Position numbers and translations under genes: made by a program. This document shows positions 1 to 9,931 of a DNA stretch of 64,000 nt, piece by piece. The notes under the pieces are model-generated. The model saw only the letters and a list, made by a program, of their open reading frames with translations. It was not told where the DNA came from and made no database searches. Location: contig CAYNGY010000001.1 of assembly GCA_964397195.1 (NCBI GenBank), positions 6,586-70,585 of the forward strand, in the 5' to 3' direction. This DNA is from an uncultured Gammaproteobacteria bacterium (GTDB lineage Bacteria; Patescibacteriota; Patescibacteriia; SBBC01; CAIJZX01). Position 1 is the stretch's first letter. Each line of letters opens with the position of its first letter.

Positions 1-1
1 A

Positions 2-1006
2 ATGAAAACAAAAAACAACCCAGTCGCTCAATACGTCACCCTCGTCGGCGTCATCGTCGCCATGTTTTTTGTTGTCTCGCCGGCCCAAGCAGCGGCGCCG
101 AAAGTGCCGCGGAAGATCGACGGCGTCTACGACCTCAAATCGAAGCAAGACAGCGTCCCGATCGCCGTCATGATTGATAATCACACCGCGGCTCGTCCCC
201 AATCGGGTCTCCAATCAGCCTCGTTTGTCTACGAATCATTAGCCGAAGGCGGCATCCCGCGCTTTATGGCTGTCTACGCGAATGTCAGCCTATCACGCGT
301 TGGGCCGGTCCGTTCGATTCGACCATACTTTGCAAAATACGCGTCGGAGTGGCGAGCCGTTGTGGCCCATGCCGGGGGCAGTCCGGATGGATTAAAAGAA
401 GTGAAGAAACAACTGTTGTTGTCGATCGAGGGAATCAAAGGCAAGTACGCCAAATATTTCTTCCGCGCTCTCGGCGGCGGTGTTCATGGTCTCTACACCA
501 ATACAAAGAATCTGGTGGCGGCCGCAAAACTCGGAAAGGTCTGGGGCAAGAAAGCGACCTATCGGGCCTACCAGTTTAAGGACGACGCCGCCACGAGCGC
601 CCGTGGGAAAGACAAGAAAGGGGTGACGATCGATCTCGGATACGGCAAGCTCTACGACATCAAATATGTCTACGACAAGAAGATGAACGCCTACCGTCGG
701 TTCACCGGCGGGAAAGTTCACAAAGATCGACTGACAAATCGTCAGATCAATGTGAAGAATGTGATCATACTGAACGTTCCGAAAGAAAAAGTGCTCGATC
801 GGAAAGGGCGCCTCGATTTGCAGACCGTCGGGAAAGGCACCGGGTATCTGATGCAGAATGGAAAGAATGTGAAGATTACTTGGGCGAAGAAATCCGCAAA
901 CGCTCGGACGATTATCAAAACACTCGATGGCCAAGAAATCCTACTCGTCCGTGGAAATACGTGGATCACGGTGGTGCCGAAAGGGCATTCGTACAAATTC
1001 ATTTAA
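2..1006 (+). CDS. Secreted or lipoprotein-like protein, DUF3048-like (YerB-like)
   Basis: N-terminal signal/TM (VTLVGVIVAMFFVVSPAQA). Motif AVMIDNHTAARPQSGL...HAGGSP is typical of the DUF3048 family as I recall it. Followed by an intrinsic terminator. Confidence 0.5.
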   Translation: MKTKNNPVAQYVTLVGVIVAMFFVVSPAQAAAPKVPRKIDGVYDLKSKQDSVPIAVMIDNHTAARPQSGLQSASFVYESLAEGGIPRFMAVYANVSLSRVGPVRSIRPYFAKYASEWRAVVAHAGGSPDGLKEVKKQLLLSIEGIKGKYAKYFFRALGGGVHGLYTNTKNLVAAAKLGKVWGKKATYRAYQFKDDAATSARGKDKKGVTIDLGYGKLYDIKYVYDKKMNAYRRFTGGKVHKDRLTNRQINVKNVIILNVPKEKVLDRKGRLDLQTVGKGTGYLMQNGKNVKITWAKKSANARTIIKTLDGQEILLVRGNTWITVVPKGHSYKFI

Positions 1007-1043
1007 CGTTACAGAGTAGCGTTATTGATCGTCATACCATCAT

Positions 1044-1071
1044 GGGCTCGCCTCGGGCCCGTTTTTATTTT
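1044..1071 (+). terminator. Intrinsic terminator after the DUF3048 gene
   Basis: 7-bp GC stem (gggctcg/cgggccc) followed by gtttttatttt. Confidence 0.5.
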
Positions 1072-1091
1072 ATGTTAGCCAATCAGGGATT

Positions 1092-1120
1092 GACAAAAGC
1101 GCGTTTCCGTGCTATAGTCC
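1092..1120 (+). promoter_or_regulatory. Sigma70-like promoter TTGACA-17-TATAGT
   Basis: TTGACA at 1092-1097, 17-nt spacer, TATAGT at 1115-1120. About 145 nt upstream of the 1270 start codon. Confidence 0.4.
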
Positions 1121-1269
1121 GGCGTTGCCCTTTTTATATCCACCGCTCAGGCGGTGGTGTTGGGTGGATGAGCATTGTCCATCGAACACTGCCGTGAGGG
1201 CGGTCTCCGATTGAGCTTCGGGGCTTCCGTGAGGGAAGAAATCAAGCTCAGTAAACGCAGGAGGATGTC

Positions 1270-1785
1270 ATGCTGTTTCACCAGTTCCTCAAGTGGCTGA
1301 CGACGGACCTCGGGTCTTCGGTGGCGACGATCGCCATCATCGCACTCACCTTCGTGGCCGGTTGGTGGTTAGATCGCCACCGCCGTCGGGCGAAGCCGGA
1401 GGCGCCCAAGAAGACGAGGGAAGTCGAGCTCTGGAAGGTTGAGACCTTCGTGCTCGAGGCGGTGTACCTCGCGCTGGTCAAGACACACGACGCGCGGCGC
1501 CTGTTGCAGGTCGACCTCAATACTGATCTGGCGGCGAGCGACTGGCACGGCCGGTCACGCCAGATGAGTATCCTCGGGTACGTCGTCCGCGGGGATAGCG
1601 TCGATTCCTTCGAGGCGCGCGGGACCTGTTCCTGGGTCAACGGGGAGACGCCCACGTTCGATGCGGTCATGTCCGTCAATCGCGGGTACGTCTTCCGGTT
1701 CAAGGCGACGGTCGGGCCCGATCATCGGATCCTCGTCGAGGACAACATGAACGTTTCTAGGGCTGACGCGGCAAACCAGCGATAG
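1270..1785 (+). CDS. Hypothetical membrane-anchored protein
   Basis: SD aggagg 5 nt upstream of ATG. N-terminal TM (SSVATIAIIALTFVAGWWL). No family recognised. Confidence 0.4.
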   Translation: MLFHQFLKWLTTDLGSSVATIAIIALTFVAGWWLDRHRRRAKPEAPKKTREVELWKVETFVLEAVYLALVKTHDARRLLQVDLNTDLAASDWHGRSRQMSILGYVVRGDSVDSFEARGTCSWVNGETPTFDAVMSVNRGYVFRFKATVGPDHRILVEDNMNVSRADAANQR

Positions 1786-1854
1786 CGGGCCACTACATCG
1801 CCCATGTCTATCGTCCGAACTCCGTGCGCCACCTTCGAACCCAAAGGAGCGGTC

Positions 1855-2202
1855 ATGAATCCGCACACGATTGATCCGAACAAGATCGGGACGCTCTTCA
1901 TCGTCGGCATCTTCCTGATCGGCGTGCTGTCGGTCGTACTCTACGTCCTGTTCGATAGCCTCAAGCGACTCGAACGCCGCGTCGACGTGTCGGAGGCGAA
2001 CGATCTGCTGGCGCAGATCGAGGCCTCGGTCCTGCGGTATCGGATCATCCACAACCGCTGGCCAGAGAACATCGAAGCCTGCGGCAAGCGGTCGGATGGC
2101 TACCAGGATCTGAACCTGCGAACCACGGGAAGCGCCGTCGTCGTGACAGTCACCGTCTTTCATACTGGTATCTGCCTGACGCGCGTGATCGACATCGAGT
2201 AA
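1855..2202 (+). CDS. Hypothetical small membrane protein (the ORF track extends to 1804; the likely start is the ATG at 1855)
   Basis: AAGGAG SD at 1844-1849, 5 nt before ATG 1855. N-terminal TM (GTLFIVGIFLIGVLSVVLYVLF). Terminator follows. Confidence 0.4.
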   Translation: MNPHTIDPNKIGTLFIVGIFLIGVLSVVLYVLFDSLKRLERRVDVSEANDLLAQIEASVLRYRIIHNRWPENIEACGKRSDGYQDLNLRTTGSAVVVTVTVFHTGICLTRVIDIE

Positions 2203-2236
2203 CTCGTCGCGGCCCAGCGCATTCTGGGCACCCAAG

Positions 2237-2271
2237 ACCGGGCGGCACCAACCGCCCGGTCGATTCTTTTT
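2237..2271 (+). terminator. Intrinsic terminator (plus strand)
   Basis: accgggcgg/ccgcccggt 9-bp stem, then cgattcttttt. Confidence 0.5.
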
Positions 2272-2274
2272 GTA

Positions 2275-4941
2275 CTACCGATTCCCGTGCTGTTGGATAA
2301 TTTTTTCCGCCTCATCCATCTTCACCGACAGCAGCTGTGAGACACCATCATCACCCATCGTCACGCCGTACAAAATAGCTGCTTTTTCCATCGTCGCCCG
2401 GTTGTGAGAAATTGTGACGAACTGCGTCTTGTGGGCGAGTTGATCGAGAATAGCCGCGAAGCGCTGACTGTTTGCCTCGTCGAGGGCCGCATCAACTTCG
2501 TCGAGCACCACGAACGGCGACGGATTATTCGAGATAATCGCACAGAGCAGGGCGATCGAGGTGAGGGCGCGCTCACCGCCTGAAAGCATCGCAATAGACT
2601 GCAGTTTTTTGCCCGGTGGGGTGGCCTTAATGTCGATTCCGGTCACCACTTTTTCCTCATTGGCTTTCGGTTTTACCTCGGCTGTCGGTTGGGCCTCACC
2701 CTGATCATTTACCATCGCCGCCTCAGCCTCGGTTAGGTCATCATCGGCGCGAAGCACTTCTTTCATTAGTACCAATTCGGCTCGCCCACCGCGAAACAGG
2801 GCGCGGAAATAAGTATTAAACTCGTCATTAATCTTTCGGAAGGACGTATCAAAGCGTTTCGAGATGATTTGATCGAGGTCGGCAATCGCTGATTCAAGGG
2901 CGGCAATACCGCCTTTTAAGTCCTCCGCTTGTTTTGAAAGAAACTCCCAGCGCTCGTTTGTTTCCTGGAATTCGGCGGTTACCGTTTCATCAATTCCACC
3001 AATGAGTTGGAGAGAATGTTGAAGGCGACCGATTTCCTCAGCCAGCAGGGTAACGTCGCCGTCGAGTTGTTGTATGACCACTTGGGCGATTTCAGGTAGG
3101 CCATGCTCGCCCATCGCCTGGAGTATTTCGCGGTGGAGGTCGTCCCGGCGTTGGTCGAGGCGGGCGATGGTGACGGACAATTCCGAGACGCGATTCTGGG
3201 CGGTGTTAAATTCGTGTTGGACGGCGCGGAATTCTTTTTGCAGAGCGAAGAGACGTTCCTTCTTCGTCGTTTCAAGTGTATTAAAGTTGTTTATCGATTC
3301 GCGCGCATCTTTCAGTCGAAGATCAACCGCCCCAATCGCCGTCTCGATCTTTTTTGCTTCTTGGGCTGTGGCCGCGTAGGCTTCGTCGGGGTGCGTCTGG
3401 GCCAGTTCTTGAACACTCAGGTCGCGCTCAATACGCTCGAGTTCTTGCGCCAGTTTTTGGCGGTCAAGCGCCTTTTGCGCCGCCTGCGACTCGCGAAGGC
3501 GGAGATCACTTCGGAGCTCCGTGACCCGCTGGAAAATATCCTGTCGCTGCTGAGCGGCGGCGAGGAGGTGTTGTTGTAATTCGGTTAGCGCGTGTGGATG
3601 CGAATCCGGACTAGCCCCGGCGACGCGTTCAAGGAACGCCGTGAGTTCGCCGCGGAGGGCTTGGGCGCGGGTTCGCAATTGGGGAACGTCAACGGTCTCG
3701 ACATGCAGCGCCTCAACGAAGTCATGGTATTTTACTGACCATGCCGACATGGCGCGGTGGACATCCGGGAGCGTAATTTGCTGGGCAAGCTCCCGCTGGA
3801 GTTTCGTGCCCTGCGTTTCTAAATCGCGGAATGTCCGCTCAGCGGCGGCGAGTTCCGCCTCGGCGGCAAGAAGTTTCTCTCGTTGACGCGCCTCGAGGTT
3901 TGTCGCCTCAGTCACATCATCATCAATTCCCCCAATCAGGCGCTTGAGTTCGGCCACTCGTTTCCCGAGATAGGCTGCCTCGCCGGCCCCGCTCTGTTGG
4001 GCAGTCAACTCGAGACGTCCTTTAATCACCGCCTGTTGTTCGAGGAGACGATTCTTTTCGTCGAGAATCGTATTGTAGTCGCGCTGAAGATCGGTGAAGG
4101 TCTCGGTCGATGTTCGCTCTTTTTCGATTGATTCGAGTTCGGCCTGAATGGTGCTAAGTTCTTGTCCAACATGGTCACGCGCTGATTCGGCCGATTGATG
4201 GTGGTCACGGGCCGTGGCTAGTTCCCCGTCAATTTCACGTGACCGAAGTCCGAAATATGTTCGCTGTGTCGCCCGCAACTCCCGTTCAACCTCCTCGCGT
4301 CGCTCAAGGCGTCGGACCTGTCGCGTCAGTGATCGGAGTCGCGGTTCAATTTCTTGCATGATTGCCTCACCTTGGGTGAGATTTTCTTTGCTCTGGGCCA
4401 GCTTGTGGAGCGCCTGCTCTTTTTTTATTTGGAATTGCCGGACACCAGCGGCCTCGTCGAACAAGTGCTTTCGTTCTTGTGGGCTCGAGAGGAGGAATGA
4501 ATCGATCATCCCCTGACCAATCACCGAATATGTACGTTGGCCAAAGTTCGCTTGCGCTAGCATGAGCTGAATGTCCTGGAGTCGTGCGGGCTGATGATTA
4601 ATCAGGTATTCCCCTTCCCCGTCACGGTAGACGCGACGGGTAATGACGAGCTCGCTGTAGTCGATCGGCGCCCCGCGATCCTCATTATTGAGCGTCATCG
4701 ACACTTCGGCGACGCTCAGTCGCTGCTTTCGGTCAGACCCGGCAAATATCACGTCGTCACTTTTCTTGCCACGCAAAAGTTTAAGCGACTGTTCGCCGAG
4801 CACCCAGCGGATAGAGTCTGCCACGTTCGACTTGCCGGAGCCGTTCGGGCCGACAATGGCCGTAATGCCGCGCTGAAACTCCAGCGAAGATTTTTGAGCG
4901 AATGATTTAAATCCTTGGATTTCGAGTTTGGCGAGATACAT
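2275..4941 (-). CDS. smc: SMC-like chromosome segregation ATPase (about 888 aa, short arms)
   Basis: N-terminal Walker A GPNGSGKSN. Long coiled-coil. C-terminal signature LSGGERALTS and Walker B VLDEVDAALD. Start MYLAKLEIQGFKSF at 4941. Confidence 0.85.
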   Translation of the reverse strand: MYLAKLEIQGFKSFAQKSSLEFQRGITAIVGPNGSGKSNVADSIRWVLGEQSLKLLRGKKSDDVIFAGSDRKQRLSVAEVSMTLNNEDRGAPIDYSELVITRRVYRDGEGEYLINHQPARLQDIQLMLAQANFGQRTYSVIGQGMIDSFLLSSPQERKHLFDEAAGVRQFQIKKEQALHKLAQSKENLTQGEAIMQEIEPRLRSLTRQVRRLERREEVERELRATQRTYFGLRSREIDGELATARDHHQSAESARDHVGQELSTIQAELESIEKERTSTETFTDLQRDYNTILDEKNRLLEQQAVIKGRLELTAQQSGAGEAAYLGKRVAELKRLIGGIDDDVTEATNLEARQREKLLAAEAELAAAERTFRDLETQGTKLQRELAQQITLPDVHRAMSAWSVKYHDFVEALHVETVDVPQLRTRAQALRGELTAFLERVAGASPDSHPHALTELQQHLLAAAQQRQDIFQRVTELRSDLRLRESQAAQKALDRQKLAQELERIERDLSVQELAQTHPDEAYAATAQEAKKIETAIGAVDLRLKDARESINNFNTLETTKKERLFALQKEFRAVQHEFNTAQNRVSELSVTIARLDQRRDDLHREILQAMGEHGLPEIAQVVIQQLDGDVTLLAEEIGRLQHSLQLIGGIDETVTAEFQETNERWEFLSKQAEDLKGGIAALESAIADLDQIISKRFDTSFRKINDEFNTYFRALFRGGRAELVLMKEVLRADDDLTEAEAAMVNDQGEAQPTAEVKPKANEEKVVTGIDIKATPPGKKLQSIAMLSGGERALTSIALLCAIISNNPSPFVVLDEVDAALDEANSQRFAAILDQLAHKTQFVTISHNRATMEKAAILYGVTMGDDGVSQLLSVKMDEAEKIIQQHGNR

Positions 4942-5009
4942 CGATGTTTCGACAGCAGCCGCGACAAACACGCGGTGACCTCTATAGTACCACAAGAACA
5001 GGGCGCTTT

Positions 5010-5504
5010 CTAGAGGTTTTCCCGAATTCGCAGGACAAACAGCCCGATCATGATGACCGCGGCAATGAGCTTAACGATCGTTCCGCCTAAGAAGGCGACA
5101 ACGGTCGTATTTCCGGTTTTGAAACTATAGATCTGGTCTCGACCGCGCATCAGGGCGAAGATGACGCCGCCGAGCGCCGGGCCAACGACCAAGGCGTAGA
5201 ACTGGCCGAAAAATGATCCGATGGCGAAGCCAATAATCGCCCCGACAACCTCCCATGCGCCGGCGCGAAACTTCTGCATCCCAAAATGGAAGAGCGTGTA
5301 GTCGAGGAAGATGGTGCCAACGGCAATGGCGGAAACAGTAGCCATAAATGGCTTGGTGATGACCTCGAAGCTGTGACTAGCGGCGTAGACAAACATCCCG
5401 AGCCAGAGGACCGGAATGGATGGCGCAATCGGGAGGAAGATGCTGAAAAAGCCCAAACCGATGAGCGCCCATGCCACGACCGTCGATAATGACTCGATGT
5501 TCAT
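5010..5504 (-). CDS. Small polytopic membrane protein (DUF456-like?)
   Basis: About 4 TM helices, Gly-rich. Family assignment uncertain. Confidence 0.45.
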   Translation of the reverse strand: MNIESLSTVVAWALIGLGFFSIFLPIAPSIPVLWLGMFVYAASHSFEVITKPFMATVSAIAVGTIFLDYTLFHFGMQKFRAGAWEVVGAIIGFAIGSFFGQFYALVVGPALGGVIFALMRGRDQIYSFKTGNTTVVAFLGGTIVKLIAAVIMIGLFVLRIRENL

Positions 5505-6196
5505 GAAATCCAGCCCTTCACCTTTAGTCCGGCCGTGGCGGCCGCGACCTGCGCTTCTTGTTTTGATGCGCCCTCTCCGCTCGCAATTTGTTCCGATCCA
5601 AGGTGGACAGCCACTTCGAAGTGTTTATCATGGTCCGGTCCCCACTCACGCAAAACCTTGTAGCTTGGGGTAATGCCGAAGACTTCCTGGCTCATCTCTT
5701 GGAATCGGCTTTTCGGGTCGACATACAATTCGCCCGCTAAGATGCTCGGTAACTTCGCTAGGATTCGGGCGGAAATAAACTGCTCAGCCGGAGCCAGACC
5801 GGCATCAAGATACATGGCACCGATCAGCGCCTCAATGGCGTTGGCATGGATATTCTGTCGGGCTTTTGAGGCCTTGTCTTTCGCCTCGCCGCGGCTCAGC
5901 ATCAACCACTGATCGAGATCGAGTTCTTTGGCTACTTCCGACAGGCTCTTGGCGTTGACGAGGCTGGCCCGCCAGTTTGTCAGGTCGCCTTCTTGGTTCG
6001 GATAGTTACGATACAAAAAGTCGCTGACAATTAACTCGAGGACGGCATCGCCGAGGTACTCGAGTCGTTCGTTGTGTCCGAGCGGAAACGATGGGTTCTC
6101 ATTGAGGTACGAGCGATGGACAAGCGCTTGGTTGAGCAGGTCGGGATTGATAAAGGTGTGGCCGAGTATGGACTCGAGCGCGGCGTGGTCGTTCAT
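5501..6196 (-). CDS. rnc: Ribonuclease III
   Basis: Signature HRSYLNE...ERLEYLGDAVLELIVSDFLY. C-terminal dsRBD. Confidence 0.9.
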   Translation of the reverse strand: MNDHAALESILGHTFINPDLLNQALVHRSYLNENPSFPLGHNERLEYLGDAVLELIVSDFLYRNYPNQEGDLTNWRASLVNAKSLSEVAKELDLDQWLMLSRGEAKDKASKARQNIHANAIEALIGAMYLDAGLAPAEQFISARILAKLPSILAGELYVDPKSRFQEMSQEVFGITPSYKVLREWGPDHDKHFEVAVHLGSEQIASGEGASKQEAQVAAATAGLKVKGWIS

Positions 6197-8427
6197 GTTG
6201 ACGAAGGGTTCTTCAGGCGCTGACGCCAGCGATTAAAGGCGTATCCGACACCGAGGAGAATGCAGCCTAAGAGAATGAATGAGAGAATTTGATATGGCGT
6301 CGTCAGGGTTTGTACATCAAAAAGGTAGACTTTGGCAATAGTCAGGCCCATGACAACCAGGGCCTGGCGCCGTGCGGAAGGATTCTGCCCGATAAACCCG
6401 AGGAGATACAGGGCTACGCCCTCAAGTCCCCAAGCGACACTCAGCCACCGATTCATAATATCAATCCCTAAGACGATGGTCAGGAATGTTACCGCCAACC
6501 AGCCCAACAAAACGTCGAGCCGTCGGTCCGAGCTCTCGGTCAGCCGCCCACGGAATAAGATGGCGCCGAGGCCAAGGACAATCACGATCCACAGGCCCAG
6601 CACCAGTCGGGTATGAATCGGCAAGAAGCCGGCGCGATCAATCGATGAGGCGATGGTCGCCAGCCATGAGAAGATGGTCACCACCATGATGGCCAGGCCT
6701 ACCAAACGGCGGTGGGTATGGGCCGGGAGGCGGGCCATCCCCCAGGCAATCACAGCAATCACGGTCCAGCTGAACTGCGCCCATCCTACCGGCAACTGTT
6801 GCTTTAAGACGGTTAGCGCGAGCACCAACGCCACATCCGCAAACACTTCCGGCAGATAGCGTTCATACGCCGACAAAGCGCGCGTTCGTAATTGGCGCAT
6901 CATGTAAGCGACGCCGCCGAAAATGACGACCGCGATGATCCCGAGGACGAGACGTCGGTCGACAGAAAGCGTTCCAAACGGGCGCTCCGCAAGTGCTAGG
7001 ACGTTCAGGAGTGAGACGAGAGCTACAAAACTCGTCAGGTACCCCATGATCCGGGTGACGACGAGGCGACTGAGCACACCGACACTGACCACCGCACCCG
7101 CTTCAACGAGCCAAACCATGACCCGGGTGTCTCCTTTGCACCACTGCCCGAGACCGAGGGTAATGAAGGCGATGGCAAAGACAATATAGACATCGCGTAA
7201 GTACCGACGCGACGTGACGGTCGCGGCGGTCCAAGCGAGCGCGGCGCAGACCACGCCGATAAACATTGGTGCCACCCAGCCGTGCGGATTATGGGTCAGG
7301 TCAACGAGCACTTCAAAGAGCGCGTAAAATCCAACCAAGTTTAAAATAGTTCCGCTAATCGTTAACCATTCTTCAGACTTCTGCTTGGCCCCGATCAGCC
7401 AGTGTGCTGCTCCGAAGACGAGTAAGTCGAAGAACAAAACGATCGCGACGATATTGGCGGTGTTGCCACTACGAATCGCGTCGATGTTCATCGTTATCCA
7501 TCCGAACTGAACAAAATATGTTGCAACAATCGCCCCTGTTACCAGTGAAGGCCAGCGCTGTTTCGTCGACACCACGACCGAGCCGGCCGCTAAGAATAAC
7601 AAGGAGATGGCCACAAAGGTATCGAGCGTGTTGGTAAATACCGTCACGTACCCGAGGAAGAAGGCACCAACCGTCAGGGCCCGCGAATGCTGAATGAGCG
7701 CCGCGGCACACATCAGCACGACGACTACGAGGAGGAGCCCCCCGGCCAGAACGGCCGAATCTACCGGCTGTCCCGAAATGGTATGCAGGGCAAATGTACT
7801 GATATACAGGAGGGCCCATGCACCGCTCTGCAAAACGAAGGCAAAACCGCGGTACATCTTCCGGAGCCAAGCCCACAGGCCAAACAACATGAGCGACACG
7901 GCGTAGCCGGTAAAGATGCGGCCAAGGGCGCCGTAATCACGGAAGGCATAATTCAACAATAGCGTAATCCCAACCACGATTGAAATAATACCGACCCAGC
8001 TAAACCAGTGCTTCGCCAAATCCTCTTCAAATTTACTTGGGCGGCGTGCCACGTGTGGTGTTGGTGCTGACGGTGTTCCTGCTGGAGTAGCCGTTGTTGG
8101 TGAAGCCACCGTGGCCTTTTTCGGATTCGGCCAAAAAACCGCGAGCAAGATCATCGCTAAGCCAAGGAGCGGCAATAGCGGCGACACAACCCCGAACATC
8201 ATTACCAAGAGCCCGACAATTCCGAAAATAACTCGTGGCACGGTGGTGCTCGTCGTGTGAGTTGTCGTCGGCGGACGCGGGATGGTAGTGCTGACGGCGG
8301 GCAGTGGCATTGTTGGACGCGACGTCGCCGGTATCGGACGCTCTAAAACCGCCACGCGTCGTTCGAGGCTGGTGACGGCGGACTGGAGGCGCTCTACTTC
8401 GTGTTGGAGTCCGCGGGAGTCTTCCAT
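6193..8427 (-). CDS. Large polytopic membrane protein (DUF2339-like?)
   Basis: N-terminal coiled-coil (LERRVAVLE), a Pro/Thr-rich linker, more than 15 predicted TM helices. Overlaps rnc by 4 nt. Confidence 0.5.
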   Translation of the reverse strand: MEDSRGLQHEVERLQSAVTSLERRVAVLERPIPATSRPTMPLPAVSTTIPRPPTTTHTTSTTVPRVIFGIVGLLVMMFGVVSPLLPLLGLAMILLAVFWPNPKKATVASPTTATPAGTPSAPTPHVARRPSKFEEDLAKHWFSWVGIISIVVGITLLLNYAFRDYGALGRIFTGYAVSLMLFGLWAWLRKMYRGFAFVLQSGAWALLYISTFALHTISGQPVDSAVLAGGLLLVVVVLMCAAALIQHSRALTVGAFFLGYVTVFTNTLDTFVAISLLFLAAGSVVVSTKQRWPSLVTGAIVATYFVQFGWITMNIDAIRSGNTANIVAIVLFFDLLVFGAAHWLIGAKQKSEEWLTISGTILNLVGFYALFEVLVDLTHNPHGWVAPMFIGVVCAALAWTAATVTSRRYLRDVYIVFAIAFITLGLGQWCKGDTRVMVWLVEAGAVVSVGVLSRLVVTRIMGYLTSFVALVSLLNVLALAERPFGTLSVDRRLVLGIIAVVIFGGVAYMMRQLRTRALSAYERYLPEVFADVALVLALTVLKQQLPVGWAQFSWTVIAVIAWGMARLPAHTHRRLVGLAIMVVTIFSWLATIASSIDRAGFLPIHTRLVLGLWIVIVLGLGAILFRGRLTESSDRRLDVLLGWLAVTFLTIVLGIDIMNRWLSVAWGLEGVALYLLGFIGQNPSARRQALVVMGLTIAKVYLFDVQTLTTPYQILSFILLGCILLGVGYAFNRWRQRLKNPSST

Positions 8428-8437
8428 AGGATGGTGA

Positions 8438-8902
8438 TTAAGCTGCTGGTTTTTGTTTGACGGTCGGCGGCGCCGGTTCGATTTTTCCCTGCGCCACCAA
8501 ATCTCGATAAATCGCTCCGAGCACGCCGTTCACGAATCGTCCCGAAGATTCGCCGCCGAACCCTTTCGCCACTTCAATCGCTTCATTAATCGCTACTTTC
8601 GGCGGAATATCTCGGCAATAGGTTAACTCATAGACGCCGATCCGCAAGACATTGCGGTCGACGATGGTAATTTGTTCAATCGGCCACTCTGGTGCGTATT
8701 TGGTGATGGCCGCATCAATCTCGTCGAGACGCTCAAGGAGGCCGCTGATAATGGAATCAGCAAAACCTTCGTCCTCAAAATCAGGCGCAAACTCCTTGAA
8801 GTTGCTCTTCAGAAGTTCAATTGGATCGCGTTGTTTTCCATTAAAATCCCACTCGTACAGCGTCTGCATGACGATGGTGCGAGCGAGATGACGGTTTGAC
8901 AT
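8438..8902 (-). CDS. nusB: Transcription antitermination factor NusB
   Basis: MSNRHLARTIVMQTLYEW... is a typical NusB N-terminus; about 154 aa. The upstream extension in the ORF track is probably not translated. Confidence 0.8.
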   Translation of the reverse strand: MSNRHLARTIVMQTLYEWDFNGKQRDPIELLKSNFKEFAPDFEDEGFADSIISGLLERLDEIDAAITKYAPEWPIEQITIVDRNVLRIGVYELTYCRDIPPKVAINEAIEVAKGFGGESSGRFVNGVLGAIYRDLVAQGKIEPAPPTVKQKPAA

Positions 8903-8954
8903 AGTAAACGTGCAAAAGTGACCAACAATGGCGCGATTCCTCGCGCCAGTTGCG

Positions 8955-9221
8955 TTAATCTTTCTTGTCCTTTTTCTCGGTTTTTTCCTTCGGCGCCTCG
9001 TCCGCTGACTTCTGCTTCCGTTTCGCGGCGCGTCGTTCGACACGACCTTGAATTTTTAGGACCAAGCGACCTTTGTAGTATCCGCAATGTGGACAGGCCA
9101 CGTGCGGTCGGACGCGACGATGACAGTGGCTACAAGCGATCGTTGATGTTTTAGCGAGGGCAAAGTGTGCGGCGCGTTCGCGCTTGCTTTGCTTTGTTCG
9201 GCGTTTCGCGGGAAGACCCAT
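8955..9221 (-). CDS. rpmF: 50S ribosomal protein L32 with a Lys/Glu-rich C-terminal extension
   Basis: MGLPAKRRTKQSKRERAAH...CSHCHRRVRPHVACPHCGYYKGRLV is the L32 Zn-ribbon. A 30-aa KEKTEKKDKKD tail follows. Confidence 0.7.
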   Translation of the reverse strand: MGLPAKRRTKQSKRERAAHFALAKTSTIACSHCHRRVRPHVACPHCGYYKGRLVLKIQGRVERRAAKRKQKSADEAPKEKTEKKDKKD

Positions 9222-9361
9222 ACGAGTTCGTGATAATTCAGTGAATGATTCAAGAAAACCGCTTCCGGTTCGCTTGTATCGTACCATATTTTCAGACGTT
9301 TGGCAAGCCCAACATGAAAACCCGCCCCGATACCAGTGCGGTATGGGGGCGGGGCTGAGGA

Positions 9362-9931
9362 TCAGCGGTGGCAGTAGGAGGCGCGCCACTTCTTCTCCCA
9401 CCACGGGCGGAAGCAGGCCAGCAGAATCTCGTCGTGGTACTTCCCGTTCCGGAAGTGCTGCTTCTTCCGGCGGCCTTCGAGGCGGTAGCCGGCGTTCTGG
9501 TTGTGGGCGACACTGCGGCCGTTGTAGGCAATCGCGGCCGAGCTGATCTTGCGGAGGTTCAAGGTGTCGAACGCGACCTTGAGCAGAAGCAGTTTCGCTT
9601 CCGTTCCGAACCCCTGGTTCCAGAACGGCTTGGCAATCCAGGTGCCGGTCACGGCCGTCAGGTCGATCGTGTTAATCTGACTCAGGACCGTCGTGCCGAT
9701 CGGCGTGCCGTCGCGGAGACAGATGGTGAAGACCATGTCGCCCTTCTCGCCCATGCCGTCGAAGTACTTCTCTTCGGCGGTCATCGTGATCGGGCCGCGA
9801 GCGGCGAGGAACCACCGGACATCGGGGTCATTGATCCACTGCTGAAAGAACGCAAGGTCAGTTTCTTTGTGCGGCGGACGGAGGTACACGCGCTGACCGC
9901 GGATGTACACCGTTTCGTGCTTGGGTGTCAT
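9362..9931 (-). CDS. GNAT family N-acetyltransferase (RimJ/RimL-like)
   Basis: Acetyl-CoA binding region WNQGFGTEA, about 189 aa. Start MTPKHETVY. Confidence 0.75.
   Translation of the reverse strand: MTPKHETVYIRGQRVYLRPPHKETDLAFFQQWINDPDVRWFLAARGPITMTAEEKYFDGMGEKGDMVFTICLRDGTPIGTTVLSQINTIDLTAVTGTWIAKPFWNQGFGTEAKLLLLKVAFDTLNLRKISSAAIAYNGRSVAHNQNAGYRLEGRRKKQHFRNGKYHDEILLACFRPWWEKKWRASYCHR

Noticed and set aside
1555-2235. 226-aa minus-strand ORF
   Set aside because: It is antisense to two plus-strand genes that have SD sequences and a terminator. Asp/Arg-rich low-complexity translation.
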